Assembly: GCF_016342705.1 (NCBI RefSeq)
Contig: NZ_JAEINV010000006.1
Coordinates: forward strand, 103,344 to 167,343
Direction of reading: 5' to 3'
Length of the DNA: 64,000 bases
From: Lutibacter sp.
GTDB lineage: Bacteria > Bacteroidota > Bacteroidia > Flavobacteriales > Flavobacteriaceae
How positions within the stretch are numbered: the stretch's first letter is position 1; every line of letters begins with the position of its first letter. This document shows, one piece after another, positions 32,929 through 42,774 of the stretch. The translations under genes were made by a program, and so were the position numbers. The notes below the pieces were generated by a model. The model saw only the letters and a list, made by a program, of their open reading frames with translations, searched no databases and was not told the origin of the DNA.

Positions 32929-33648
32929 ATGGATAATTTTCACATTGAAACTGCCCAAAATGTAACAATTCAACAAAATGTAGCCAATTTAAGTACACGT
33001 ATTGGTGCTTTTTTTATTGATGCCTTTATTATAGGTGGTTATTACCTACTTATTTACTTAATTTTAGACAGTTTAAATTTAAATTCAGGAGGCGATTTAT
33101 ATTTAATTTATGGTTTATTAAGTTTACCCGTAGTTTTTTATAGTTTACTATTTGAAACCTTAATGAACGGACAAAGTCCTGGTAAATATTTAAATAAAAT
33201 TAGAGTCACAAAATTAGACGGATCCAAACCAACATTTTCAAATTTTTTAATTAGATGGATGCTTAGAGTGGTTGATATATCCATGGCTTCTGGCTCTGTA
33301 GCTTTGTTAACCATTTTATTAAATGGAAAAGGTCAACGTTTAGGTGATTTGGCTGCTGGAACAACTGTTATTTCAGAAAAAAAGATTTTTTCTATTAATG
33401 ATACTATTGTAGTTGAAATTCCAGAAGAATATACTCCTACATTTCCACAGGTTACTGTACTTACAGATAAAGATATTCAAACTATTAAAGAGTTGTACTT
33501 AAAAGCGAGACGAAAAGGAAATCACAAAATTATTGTAAAAATTCATCAAAAAATTGTGGATTTAACAGGTATTCAAACTGAAATGAAACCTATTGATTTT
33601 GTGGATATTGTGATTAAAGACTACAACTATTTTACCCAACAAATGTAA
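32929..33648 (+). CDS. RDD family protein
   Basis: RIGAFFID, GQSPGK, QRLGDLAAGT. Confidence 0.88.
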   Translation: MDNFHIETAQNVTIQQNVANLSTRIGAFFIDAFIIGGYYLLIYLILDSLNLNSGGDLYLIYGLLSLPVVFYSLLFETLMNGQSPGKYLNKIRVTKLDGSKPTFSNFLIRWMLRVVDISMASGSVALLTILLNGKGQRLGDLAAGTTVISEKKIFSINDTIVVEIPEEYTPTFPQVTVLTDKDIQTIKELYLKARRKGNHKIIVKIHQKIVDLTGIQTEMKPIDFVDIVIKDYNYFTQQM

Positions 33649-34259
33649 TGACGCTTTTTAACGTATTAGATATTTTAGGAATTATTTCCTTCGCAATTTC
33701 CGGATCATTAGTTGCAATGCGCAAAAGATTAGATCCTTTTGGAGTTTTTATCATTGCATTTGCAACATCCGTTGGTGGAGGAACCTTACGTGATGTTTTA
33801 ATTGGAGCGCAACCCGTATTTTGGATGAAAAATACCGACATCATATTTATAATTATGGGCTCGTATTTTTTTGCAGTTTTCTTCAGAAAAAAATTGAAGT
33901 ATTTAAATAAATCTTTATTTTTATTTGATACTATTGGGCTTGGGTTATACACTATTATGGGAACAGAAATTGGATTAAAACATGGTTTTCATCCAGTTAT
34001 AGTAATTTCAATTGCTACCATGTCGGCTTCATTTGGAGGGGTTATTAGAGATATTTTGTGTAATGAAGTTCCTGTAATTTTTAGAAAAGAAATTTATGCA
34101 ACCGCCAGTGTTTTTGGGTCTATTACATACCTTGCTTTACATAATTTAGAGTTTAACGAAAACATTATTTATATTGCAACTTCTGCAATTGTAATATCTA
34201 TTAGATTAATTGCTGTGTTATTTCATTTATCACTTCCAACATTTTACGCAAAAAAATAA
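33648..34259 (+). CDS. TRIC/UPF0126 family membrane protein
   Basis: FAISG, GGGTLRDVL, GGVIRDIL repeats. Confidence 0.88.
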   Translation: MTLFNVLDILGIISFAISGSLVAMRKRLDPFGVFIIAFATSVGGGTLRDVLIGAQPVFWMKNTDIIFIIMGSYFFAVFFRKKLKYLNKSLFLFDTIGLGLYTIMGTEIGLKHGFHPVIVISIATMSASFGGVIRDILCNEVPVIFRKEIYATASVFGSITYLALHNLEFNENIIYIATSAIVISIRLIAVLFHLSLPTFYAKK

Positions 34260-34892
34260 ATGGATTTTACGTATTTTAAAAATAATTTAAATCGCATAAA
34301 TTCCTTTGAACTTGGAGGAACAGATGCACAATTTAAATTAGCCCCTAAAATAAGAACTAAATTTACCGAAGAAATTATTCATTCTAAAAATCCAAAAAAA
34401 GCGGCGGTATTGGTATTATTTTACCCTGACAGCAATAATAAAACCACTTTCTTATTAACACAAAGAGCAGATTATAATGGCACGCATGCTTCACAAATAA
34501 GTTTTCCCGGCGGAAAATATGAATCAAAAGATTTTTCATTAGAAAATACCGCATTACGTGAAACACATGAAGAAGTTGGTGTACTTATGCAGCACGTTTC
34601 AATTTTTAAACAAATGACAGATGTGTATATTCCACCAAGTAATTTTATTGTAACCCCATTTTTAAGCACCATTAATTTTAAACCTAATTTTATAAAAAAT
34701 CACGAAGTAGCAGAGCTTATTCATGTTTCTATGGCAGATTTTTTAAATGAAAATAACGTTTCCTCCCAAGTTTTATCAACCTCCTATGCAAAAAACATAA
34801 ATGTACCTTGCTTTAAATTAAACAATTATGTAGTTTGGGGAGCCACTGCAATGATGTTAAGCGAAATGAAAGAATTAATTAAAAAATTGTAA
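34260..34892 (+). CDS. Nudix hydrolase (CoA pyrophosphatase-like)
   Basis: QISFPGG..TALRETHEEVG, VWGATA. Confidence 0.88.
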   Translation: MDFTYFKNNLNRINSFELGGTDAQFKLAPKIRTKFTEEIIHSKNPKKAAVLVLFYPDSNNKTTFLLTQRADYNGTHASQISFPGGKYESKDFSLENTALRETHEEVGVLMQHVSIFKQMTDVYIPPSNFIVTPFLSTINFKPNFIKNHEVAELIHVSMADFLNENNVSSQVLSTSYAKNINVPCFKLNNYVVWGATAMMLSEMKELIKKL

Positions 34893-34933
34893 ACATTTTT
34901 TTTACTAAATTTGTTTTAACCAAATCCAACTAA

Positions 34934-35740
34934 ATGCCAATTTTTAAAACAAATCCGTTTGGGCACATCCTATTTATAAAAAGGTGGCTTATTCGTATTT
35001 TCGGTGTAGTTTCTCACGGAAGATATCGTCGTTTCAATAAACTTGAAATTGAAGGTTCTGAAGTTATTAGACAATTGCCCGAAACAAACGTACTTTTCAT
35101 TTCCAATCACCAAACCTATTTTGCAGATGTTGCAGCCATGTTTCATGTATTTAATGCAGCATTAAAAGGGAGAGAAAATAGTATTAAAAATATAGGATAC
35201 ATTTGGAACCCAAAATTAAACATTTACTATATAGCAGCTTCAGAAACCATGAAGGCAGGCTTATTACCTAAGATATTTGCATATGTTGGATCTATATCTA
35301 TTGAACGCACATGGAGAAGTCAAGGAAAAGATGTAAATAGGCAAGTAAAAATGTCTGACATTAGTAATATTAAAAAAGCTTTAAGTGATGGTTGGGTAAT
35401 TACATTTCCGCAAGGAACCACTACACCTTTTAAACCTATTAGAAGAGGAACTGCACATATTATTAAAACATATAAACCTGTAGTTGTACCTATTGTAATA
35501 GACGGATTTAGAAGAGCTTATGACAAAAAGGGGTTAATGATTAAGAAAAGAAATGTATTACAATCAATGGTTATTAAACCTCCTATGGAAATTGATTATG
35601 AAAATGAAACTATTGAACAAATTATTGAAAGAATTCAATTTGAAATAGAACAACATCCTTCACATTTAAAAGTAATTTCTCCGGAAGAGTTTAAAAAACA
35701 AGAGGATGAATTAAATAAACAACGAAAATTTTGGAGTTAA
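34934..35740 (+). CDS. Lysophospholipid acyltransferase (PlsC family)
   Basis: NHQTYFAD, FPQGT. Confidence 0.85.
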   Translation: MPIFKTNPFGHILFIKRWLIRIFGVVSHGRYRRFNKLEIEGSEVIRQLPETNVLFISNHQTYFADVAAMFHVFNAALKGRENSIKNIGYIWNPKLNIYYIAASETMKAGLLPKIFAYVGSISIERTWRSQGKDVNRQVKMSDISNIKKALSDGWVITFPQGTTTPFKPIRRGTAHIIKTYKPVVVPIVIDGFRRAYDKKGLMIKKRNVLQSMVIKPPMEIDYENETIEQIIERIQFEIEQHPSHLKVISPEEFKKQEDELNKQRKFWS

Positions 35741-35744
35741 AAAC

Positions 35745-35774
35745 AAAAAAAGGGAAGTTAAACTTCCCTTTTTT
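35745..35774. terminator. Bidirectional intrinsic terminator
   Basis: AAAAAAAGGGAAGTT-AA-AACTTCCCTTTTTT. Confidence 0.75.
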
Positions 35775-35795
35775 GTTTTATTAAATTAACCTTTT

Positions 35796-36266
35796 TTAAT
35801 TTAACCAAGAATTTAACATCCATATTGTTTTTTCTTGTTCAGCAATAAAATCGCTCATCATAGAATTTGTTCCTTCATCATTTGCTTCACCAGATTCTTC
35901 TAAAATAATTCTTTCAATTTTTATTAATTCTGCTAAAGAATTTACTACTAATTGAACTGCTTCAGTATCTTTTGATATATTTTTTCCAACTGGTACTTTT
36001 GCCATTTTGGTATAATCTTCAAAAGTATGCAATGGATGACCACCTAAAGTAAGAATTCTTTCAGCAATCATATCAATTTTTTCTTGAGAATCTGTATAAA
36101 ATTCTTCAAACTTCACATGTAATTCAAAAAAAGATTTCCCTTTTATATTCCAATGTAACCCTCTTAAACTCTGATAATATACTTGAAAATTTGCTAGTAA
36201 ATCATTTAAGCTAATTACTAACTTATCTGCTTTTTGTTTGTTTAAACCAATAATTGTTGTGTTCAT
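35796..36266 (-). CDS. dps: Dps ferritin-like protein
   Basis: LHWNIKG..FFELH..FEE, D.IAERI. Confidence 0.93.
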   Translation of the reverse strand: MNTTIIGLNKQKADKLVISLNDLLANFQVYYQSLRGLHWNIKGKSFFELHVKFEEFYTDSQEKIDMIAERILTLGGHPLHTFEDYTKMAKVPVGKNISKDTEAVQLVVNSLAELIKIERIILEESGEANDEGTNSMMSDFIAEQEKTIWMLNSWLN

Positions 36267-36370
36267 ATTTTTTATTTTTAATTTCTATATCAAATATCGT
36301 TAATAATATCTGTTATTTATTATAAGTAATATTGATTCTTTTAATATCTTTATCAAAAAAATTTATACCA

Positions 36371-37318
36371 ATGACAATTACACAACTTAAATACGTTTTA
36401 GCGGTTGCTGAATACCAAAATTTCACTGTTGCCTCAGAACACTGCTTTGTTACCCAACCAACATTAAGTATGCAAATTCAAAAATTGGAAGAAGAATTAG
36501 ATACTCAAATTTTTAACAGAAATAAAAAACCAATTCAATTAACTGAAGTTGGTGCAAAAATTGTTGAACAAGCAAAAATAATTGTTGATGAAAGCAATAG
36601 AATTACAGATATAGTTGAGCAACAAAAAGGCTTTATTGGTGGTGATTTTAAATTAGGTATTATTCCTACTATTATGCCAACACTTCTTCCTTTATTTTTA
36701 AAAACTTTTATAAAGAAATATCCGAAAGTTAATTTAAAAATTGAAGAATTAACTACAGAAGAAATAGTAAAAAAATTAAGTGATGGACATATAGATGTTG
36801 CTATAGCTGCGACACCTTTAGAAAATGAGTCAATTAAAGAACGTGTTTTATATTACGAACCTTTTGTTGCATTTGTACCTACAGAACATAGACTTTTTGT
36901 CAATAAAACCATTGATGTTGCTGATTTAAACATTGACGATATTTTATTATTAGAAGATGGCCATTGCTTTAAAGAGAATATTATTAATTTATGTAGTGCT
37001 TTGGGAAATAAAAATTCTCGTTTTCAATTACACAGTGGAAGTTTTGACACACTTATAAAACTATCTAAAGAAGGTTTAGGGATGACTTTACTACCTTACT
37101 TGCAAACCTTAGAAATTAATGAAAAAGATAAAATGTATTTAAAAGAATTTAAAGATCCTATACCTGCAAGAGAGGTCAGTTTAATTTATCATAAATCTCA
37201 ATTAAAAATACATATGATAGATTCCTTAAAAAATGTTATAGATAGTGTTATTAGAGGCGTAATTGCCTTTAGTGATGTTAAAATAATTAGCCCTATACAA
37301 CAAAAAAAAGGAGCTTAA
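36371..37318 (+). CDS. oxyR: OxyR-type LysR regulator
   Basis: MTITQL..CFVTQPTLS, LEDGHCFK..C redox motif; divergent from dps; ATG 36371 preferred. Confidence 0.88.
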   Translation: MTITQLKYVLAVAEYQNFTVASEHCFVTQPTLSMQIQKLEEELDTQIFNRNKKPIQLTEVGAKIVEQAKIIVDESNRITDIVEQQKGFIGGDFKLGIIPTIMPTLLPLFLKTFIKKYPKVNLKIEELTTEEIVKKLSDGHIDVAIAATPLENESIKERVLYYEPFVAFVPTEHRLFVNKTIDVADLNIDDILLLEDGHCFKENIINLCSALGNKNSRFQLHSGSFDTLIKLSKEGLGMTLLPYLQTLEINEKDKMYLKEFKDPIPAREVSLIYHKSQLKIHMIDSLKNVIDSVIRGVIAFSDVKIISPIQQKKGA

Positions 37319-37527
37319 GAGCTCCTTTTTGTATTTTCAATTAATGCTAAACAACTATACAATTCTGGTTTATTTAATGTAAAATCCTTTAGCCAATAAA
37401 ATAATTCTTTTATTTCATAGGGTAATAATCTGTTAACTGCTTTTTCTAATTCCTTTTTAAACAAATCTGCGTTAAAGCTAACTTTTTCAAGAATCGCTTT
37501 TGTGTACTCAAACATTGCTCTTGCCAT
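37315..37527 (-). CDS. Small hypothetical protein
   Basis: 70 aa, ATG start, protein-like (LEKVSF..LFKKEL). Confidence 0.65.
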   Translation of the reverse strand: MARAMFEYTKAILEKVSFNADLFKKELEKAVNRLLPYEIKELFYWLKDFTLNKPELYSCLALIENTKRSS

Positions 37528-37645
37528 AAATTATAATAATTTTAAGGGTTATATAAAGAACGTACTAATGGGTTTATTATTGTATAAATTTAACTAAAAT
37601 TAATAATAAATCAAACTAAAAAAAGCTTAAATAAATCCTAAAGTA

Positions 37646-37912
37646 TTATAAAGAATTAATTTTTGCTAACAAAGCATTTGCAGTTTCTTCAAATTCTGAA
37701 TTTATTGCTTTAAAGTGCGCTTTACTATCTGCTACCTTTTTTGCGTTTACTTTTTCAATTAAAGAATCAAAAGAACTAATGGCTTCATCAATAATTGCCT
37801 CAGCATTTTTTTTATCAGCTTTTGGGTTTAATAATTCCCACACATAACACTCTTCAATAATATCACCTAAAACGTAATTTATATCTTTCTTTAAATTTTT
37901 AACACTTGCCAT
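37646..37912 (-). CDS. Small helical hypothetical protein
   Basis: 88 aa, MASVKNLKKDINYVLGDII. Confidence 0.7.
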   Translation of the reverse strand: MASVKNLKKDINYVLGDIIEECYVWELLNPKADKKNAEAIIDEAISSFDSLIEKVNAKKVADSKAHFKAINSEFEETANALLAKINSL

Positions 37913-37986
37913 AATAATAATATATTTATATTTTCAGGCAAATTTACAAGAATTTGATTCATTAATTAAATATTTTTAAAATAATG

Positions 37987-38016
37987 TTTGATTATTAAAA
38001 AAATATTTTATTTTTG
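37987..38016 (+). promoter_or_regulatory. Bacteroidota promoter (-33/-7)
   Basis: TTTG (37987-37990), 18-nt spacer, TATTTTTG (38009-38016). Confidence 0.6.
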
Positions 38017-38025
38017 AAACTATAT

Positions 38026-38172
38026 ATGAAAGCAGTTTTAAACATATCAGCACCTATTATGGCAACAATAGTCGATTTTAAATCGTCATATTCTGCGGCA
38101 TGTAATATAGCTGTTAATATGTTTAAACAACAGCTAGTATGCAAGCATAAAGGCACTTTCTATGATTATTAA
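38026..38172 (+). CDS. 48-aa small ORF / candidate leader peptide
   Basis: Manual translation MKAVLNISAPIMATIVDFKSSYSAACNIAVNMFKQQLVCKHKGTFYDY; between promoter and terminator. Confidence 0.5.
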   Translation: MKAVLNISAPIMATIVDFKSSYSAACNIAVNMFKQQLVCKHKGTFYDY

Positions 38173-38199
38173 TGATACCAAACTATTATAAATATATTT

Positions 38200-38235
38200 A
38201 AAAGGTGCTTTTTCTAAAAAGCACCTTTTTTTTTT
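38200..38235 (+). terminator. Intrinsic terminator / possible attenuator
   Basis: AAAAGGTGCTTTTT-CT-AAAAAGCACCTTTT plus T run. Confidence 0.75.
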
Positions 38236-38388
38236 CAATAATTATTAATTAAAAACAACTATTATGAAACAATCACAATGTATCCAACAGGTCTATTTTA
38301 ACATTACAATGCTTTGTAATCAATTATTTACAAACAAAAACAGACACATTCCCATTCCCTTATTAATTCATCATTAAAAAAATTAAAA

Positions 38389-38754
38389 ATGAAAACTTTA
38401 GAAAACACCTATACCAGTCCAGAAAGACACTTCACAGTAACCGAAAAAGATACCAATACTCAAAACGCTCTTTTAACCCATGTTTTATTTAATGAAATGG
38501 AAGATTTTGTTAAAAGCATCATAGAAAAACATGCATATATGGCGTTTCCGCTTCCTGAATTATATAAATTGCAACTTTTAAAAAATGCTTTTTTAAATGA
38601 TAAATTGCTTATAAAATCTCAAATAATTAAGTACGATGCTTCTGAATTACATTTATTAGCCACAGTTCAAAACCAAGCATCAGATTTAAATGATACTATT
38701 TGTAAAGCTGTTTTTAAATTCCCTTTAAATACAACTATTTCAAAAGCTTCTTAA
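38389..38754 (+). CDS. Hypothetical protein, possible degenerate hotdog fold
   Basis: 121 aa; helix followed by beta pattern ending KAVFKF; family assignment uncertain. Confidence 0.5.
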   Translation: MKTLENTYTSPERHFTVTEKDTNTQNALLTHVLFNEMEDFVKSIIEKHAYMAFPLPELYKLQLLKNAFLNDKLLIKSQIIKYDASELHLLATVQNQASDLNDTICKAVFKFPLNTTISKAS

Positions 38755-38790
38755 CATCATATATAGCTATAAGGCTATTTTTATATAGTC

Positions 38791-39318
38791 TTATAGTTCT
38801 TTTAATTTTTCCAAAGCATTTTCAATATGCTTTTCAGCACCAAATTGGCTATTAAAAATATACCTAACAATACCCTTTTTATCAATTACATAAGTAACCC
38901 TTCCTGGTAAAAACAGCATGCTTTTTGGCACACCAAATAGTGCTCTCACCTTATTATCTATATCTGCTAATAAAGTAAATGGTAAGTTGTATTTTTCTTT
39001 AAACTTTTTATGAGAAGCTACGCTATCCGCACTTATTCCAATAACTAACGCGCCTAAATCATTAAAACTTTCAAAATCATCTCTAAATTTACAAGCTTCT
39101 TTTGTACAACCTGGAGTATCATCTTTAGGATAAAAGTAAATAACCATTCTTTTACCAATTTCATTTTCAATATTAAAAGAATTCCCGTTTTGATCTTTTA
39201 AACTAAAACTGGGTACTTTATCGCCTATTTCAATTATTTTCATTTCTTCATTTTTATTAAAAAATAACAACATAAGTAAACCAATTGTTGCAGAAATTGC
39301 TATTATTATTTTCTTCAT
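38791..39318 (-). CDS. bcp: BCP-type peroxiredoxin
   Basis: YFYPKDDTPGCTKEAC, GRVTYVID. Confidence 0.9.
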   Translation of the reverse strand: MKKIIIAISATIGLLMLLFFNKNEEMKIIEIGDKVPSFSLKDQNGNSFNIENEIGKRMVIYFYPKDDTPGCTKEACKFRDDFESFNDLGALVIGISADSVASHKKFKEKYNLPFTLLADIDNKVRALFGVPKSMLFLPGRVTYVIDKKGIVRYIFNSQFGAEKHIENALEKLKEL

Positions 39319-39438
39319 TTATTTATTTTTAACAAATATGCTATAAAAATATTGTTTTATGTAGATTTGTATGCTAAAATTAGCTATGTTATTAGTAATT
39401 AATTTATAAAACTATAGCTGAACAATTTAAATTTAAGA

Positions 39439-40443
39439 ATGAAATTATTTATTGAAAATTTACCCAAAGCAGAATTGCATTTACATATTGAAGGTACTTT
39501 AGAACCTCATTTATTATTTAATATAGCCCAAAGAAACAATATTGAAATCCCGTATAATTCTGTTGAAGAATTAGCTAAAGCATATAATTTTAATTGCTTA
39601 CAAGATTTTTTAGACATTTATTATCAAGGAGCAAATGTTTTAATATATGAACAAGATTTTTACGATTTAACCTACAGTTATTTAGAAAAATGTGCCGAAC
39701 AAAATGTGAAACATACAGAAATTATGTTCGACCCTCAAACGCATACCACAAGAGGTATTTCTTTTGAAACAGTAATTACAGGAATATCGAATGCTTGTGA
39801 AGATGCCAAGTTGAACTTAGGAGTATCTTCATTATTAATAATGAGTTATTTAAGACATTTAAGTGAAGAAGACGCTTTTAAAACATTACAAGAGTCGCTA
39901 CCTTTTAAAGATAAAATTACCGCTGTTGGATTGGATTCTTCCGAAGCAGGAAATCCACCTTCAAAATTTATAAAAGTTTTTGAAGCCTCTGTAAATGAAG
40001 GTTATATTCCGTTAGCGCATGCCGGTGAAGAAGGTGATGCCGATTATGTTTGGGAAGCTATTGATTTATTAGGAATTCATAGAATTGACCACGGTAATAA
40101 TTGTTTGCAAGATGAAAATTTAATAGCGGACATTATTGACAGAGATTTAGCTTTAACCATTTGCCCGTTATCTAACACGGCTTTAAAAGTTGTTGATGAC
40201 TTAAATAATCATCCGCTGAAAAAAATGATGGATTTAGGTTTAAAAGTAACTATTAATTCAGATGATCCAGCTTATTTTGGCGGGCACGTAAATGATAATT
40301 ATGTAGCCATTCAAGAAGCATTAAACCTTAGCAAAGAGGAAGTATATCAAATTGCTAAAAATTCGTTTCAATATTCATTATTACATTTTTCAAAAAAACA
40401 AGAATATTTAGTTGAATTAGATGCTTATTTTAATACTAAGTAA
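39439..40443 (+). CDS. add: Adenosine/adenine deaminase
   Basis: KAELHLHIEG, AHAGEEG, RIDHG, INSDDPAYF. Confidence 0.88.
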   Translation: MKLFIENLPKAELHLHIEGTLEPHLLFNIAQRNNIEIPYNSVEELAKAYNFNCLQDFLDIYYQGANVLIYEQDFYDLTYSYLEKCAEQNVKHTEIMFDPQTHTTRGISFETVITGISNACEDAKLNLGVSSLLIMSYLRHLSEEDAFKTLQESLPFKDKITAVGLDSSEAGNPPSKFIKVFEASVNEGYIPLAHAGEEGDADYVWEAIDLLGIHRIDHGNNCLQDENLIADIIDRDLALTICPLSNTALKVVDDLNNHPLKKMMDLGLKVTINSDDPAYFGGHVNDNYVAIQEALNLSKEEVYQIAKNSFQYSLLHFSKKQEYLVELDAYFNTK

Positions 40444-40479
40444 CAATTCCATTCGTTAAAAATACAAATAAACTTAACC

Positions 40480-41073
40480 ATGTTTAAACAAACATTAATT
40501 TTACTAACTTTCATTTTTTCTACTGCATTTTCTTACGGCCAATCTCCTCAAAAATTTATTGATAGCGGTTCTGTAAAAAATCAATTTGATTACTTAATAA
40601 ATCAATCCACAAATTATTTTCAAGAGCAAAAAGTGGTAAAAAACCAATGGCTTTTAAAACTAAAAGCAAATGTAAATGATACTATTTCAAAAAATAAAAA
40701 CACTATTTCTATTCATAAAAGCAACATTCTTAATCAGCAAAAAGAAATTGACAGCTTAAAAAATGAACTTTCTGAAATTGAACTATTAAATGAAAAATTA
40801 ACTACTGAAGAGCAACAAATTTCATTTATAGGAATTCCAATGAATAAAGCATTTTATAAAACTTTAACCTATACTCTTATTTTAATTTTTATGGGTTTAT
40901 TTGCCATCTATTTTATAAAATTTAGACAAAGCAATACCTTTACAAAAGAGGCTAAATTAACTATAAAAGAACTTGAAGAGGAATTTGAAGAGCACCGAAC
41001 AAAAGCTTTAGAGCGCGAACAAAAAGTAATGCGTAAACTGCAAGACGAACTTAATAAACAGAAAAAAGATTAA
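40480..41073 (+). CDS. Exported coiled-coil membrane protein
   Basis: Signal peptide, coiled coil, TM, charged tail. Confidence 0.7.
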   Translation: MFKQTLILLTFIFSTAFSYGQSPQKFIDSGSVKNQFDYLINQSTNYFQEQKVVKNQWLLKLKANVNDTISKNKNTISIHKSNILNQQKEIDSLKNELSEIELLNEKLTTEEQQISFIGIPMNKAFYKTLTYTLILIFMGLFAIYFIKFRQSNTFTKEAKLTIKELEEEFEEHRTKALEREQKVMRKLQDELNKQKKD

Positions 41074-41125
41074 TTACATTTCTTTTTTGTACTTTTATTT
41101 AATTAACCTTTAAACACACACAACT

Positions 41126-41329
41126 ATGAAAGCAAATATGGGTACAGCCGACAAATTTATTAGAGTTCTATTAGGAATTTTAGTTGCAGTATTATATTAT
41201 TTAAATGTAATTAGTGGAACAACTGCTATTATAGTTTTAGCTTTTGGAATTATCCTTTTAATTACAAGTTTAGTTAGTTTTTGTCCTCTTTACACCTTAT
41301 TTGGCATAAATACTTGTAAAAGAAAATAA
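41126..41329 (+). CDS. DUF2892 (YgaP-like) membrane protein
   Basis: NMG..D...R..G ... FCPLY..FGINTC. Confidence 0.88.
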   Translation: MKANMGTADKFIRVLLGILVAVLYYLNVISGTTAIIVLAFGIILLITSLVSFCPLYTLFGINTCKRK

Positions 41330-41340
41330 TATTTTAAAAT

Positions 41341-41426
41341 AAAGAGGCTGTTTAAAAAGTGATATTTTCGTCAACCTGAATTTATTTAAGGTTGACGGTT
41401 TTCAAAACTTTTTAAACAGCTTCTTT
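41341..41426. repeat. Nested palindrome / REP-like element, probable bidirectional terminator
   Basis: 20-nt outer inverted repeat (19/20) enclosing CGTCAACCT..AGGTTGACG. Confidence 0.65.
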
Positions 41427-41430
41427 ATTA

Positions 41431-41844
41431 TTATTCTTCACCTGAGTAGGTTACAAAATTTCTTGGTGTTTCGTATAAGGTAATAGAAAGTTCTAATTTA
41501 TTATCAATTTCTGCTCGTAATTTATTCCAAATTACAACTACTATATTTTCAGCTGTTGGATTTAAAGTTTTAAACTCTGCAACTTCTTCATTTAAATTTT
41601 TATGATCAAATTGTTCTTCTACTTCCTTCTCAATCAAATATTTTAATATTTTCATATCCATTACAAATCCAGTTTCAGGATGTACTTCTCCTTTCACAGA
41701 AACTATTAATTCATAATTGTGGCCGTGATAATTTGGGTTGGAACACTTTCCAAAAACAGTGGCATTTCTGGCATCTGTCCACTCAGAATTATACAATCTG
41801 TGCGCTGCATTAAAATGAGCCTTTCTGCTAACTGTTACTTTCAT
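41431..41844 (-). CDS. queD: 6-carboxytetrahydropterin synthase
   Basis: HFNAAHRL, KCSNPNYHGHNY, FDHKNLN, TAENI, LYET. Confidence 0.9.
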   Translation of the reverse strand: MKVTVSRKAHFNAAHRLYNSEWTDARNATVFGKCSNPNYHGHNYELIVSVKGEVHPETGFVMDMKILKYLIEKEVEEQFDHKNLNEEVAEFKTLNPTAENIVVVIWNKLRAEIDNKLELSITLYETPRNFVTYSGEE

Positions 41845-42124
41845 CTTCTTTTTTCTTTTTTAAAATATAATATCGTTTTTCATTAAATTTCCAAATAAAT
41901 TGCCAGAATAGCACAATTCCAACCAAAATAAAAAGTGCTAAATAATTTAAAAACGACTTTGAAAAATAGACTTCTTCAAAAGAATGAACAGATAATTCAA
42001 ATACTTTTGTTAAAAAAGCAGTAAAAATACTCCATAAAACACCAGTTCTAAGTGCATATCTATTTCTCCCGTTCTTTCTTACAAGTTCCCAACTTTCAAT
42101 AAAATTTTCTTCTATTTTTCGCAT
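41828..42124 (-). CDS. Small membrane protein
   Basis: 98 aa, two TM helices, in idi-queD operon. Confidence 0.65.
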   Translation of the reverse strand: MRKIEENFIESWELVRKNGRNRYALRTGVLWSIFTAFLTKVFELSVHSFEEVYFSKSFLNYLALFILVGIVLFWQFIWKFNEKRYYILKKKKEDESNS

Positions 42125-42130
42125 TTCACT

Positions 42131-42649
42131 CTACTTATTAATAAAACTGTAATAATTTTTGAAAATTATTTTAAACCATTCCGTATACATTAACGGATGC
42201 TGTTCAATATCATTTTTTACAGCTTCTAAAGGCATCCATTTATAACTTTCTACTTCATCACTATTAATTTTTGGTTCCTTATTATAATAGCCTATTAATA
42301 TATGATCAAGCTCATGTTCGGTTAAGCCATTATCAAAAGGCGCTTTGTAAATAAATGAGGTAACCTCCTCTATATCACATACAAAACCCATTTCCTCCTG
42401 CAACCTTCTTGTGCCAGCTTCTATATTTGTTTCACCGTTTCTTTGATGACTGCAACACGTATTTGTCCATAATAAAGGAGAATGGTATTTATGTGCTGCG
42501 CGTTGTTGCAACATTAATTCATTTTTATCATTAAATACAAAAACTGAAAATGCTCTATGCAACACAGCTTTTTCATGCGCTTCCATTTTTGGCATTAAAC
42601 CTATTTGTTCGTCTTTTTCGTTTACTAATATTACTTGTTCTTCTCTCAT
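42131..42649 (-). CDS. idi: Isopentenyl-diphosphate delta-isomerase type 1
   Basis: LHRAFSVF, WTNTCCSHQ, EHELDH. Confidence 0.95.
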   Translation of the reverse strand: MREEQVILVNEKDEQIGLMPKMEAHEKAVLHRAFSVFVFNDKNELMLQQRAAHKYHSPLLWTNTCCSHQRNGETNIEAGTRRLQEEMGFVCDIEEVTSFIYKAPFDNGLTEHELDHILIGYYNKEPKINSDEVESYKWMPLEAVKNDIEQHPLMYTEWFKIIFKNYYSFINK

Positions 42650-42748
42650 TTTTTTTCAATAATTACAAACTTACAAAATAGAAACGTTAAAAAAGTACTA
42701 AACTACTTTTCAACTTTTAATCTTTTTCAACATTCAAACTTTATACCC

Positions 42749-42756
42749 TATATTTG
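42749..42756 (+). promoter_or_regulatory. -7 promoter box of prfC
   Basis: TATATTTG 18 nt before ATG. Confidence 0.6.
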
Positions 42757-42774
42757 CACCTCTAAATTTGACAG

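Noticed and set aside
40480-41073. tRNA methyltransferase label sometimes given to this kind of protein
   Set aside because: No SAM-binding or SPOUT motifs; it is a signal peptide, coiled coil and TM protein.
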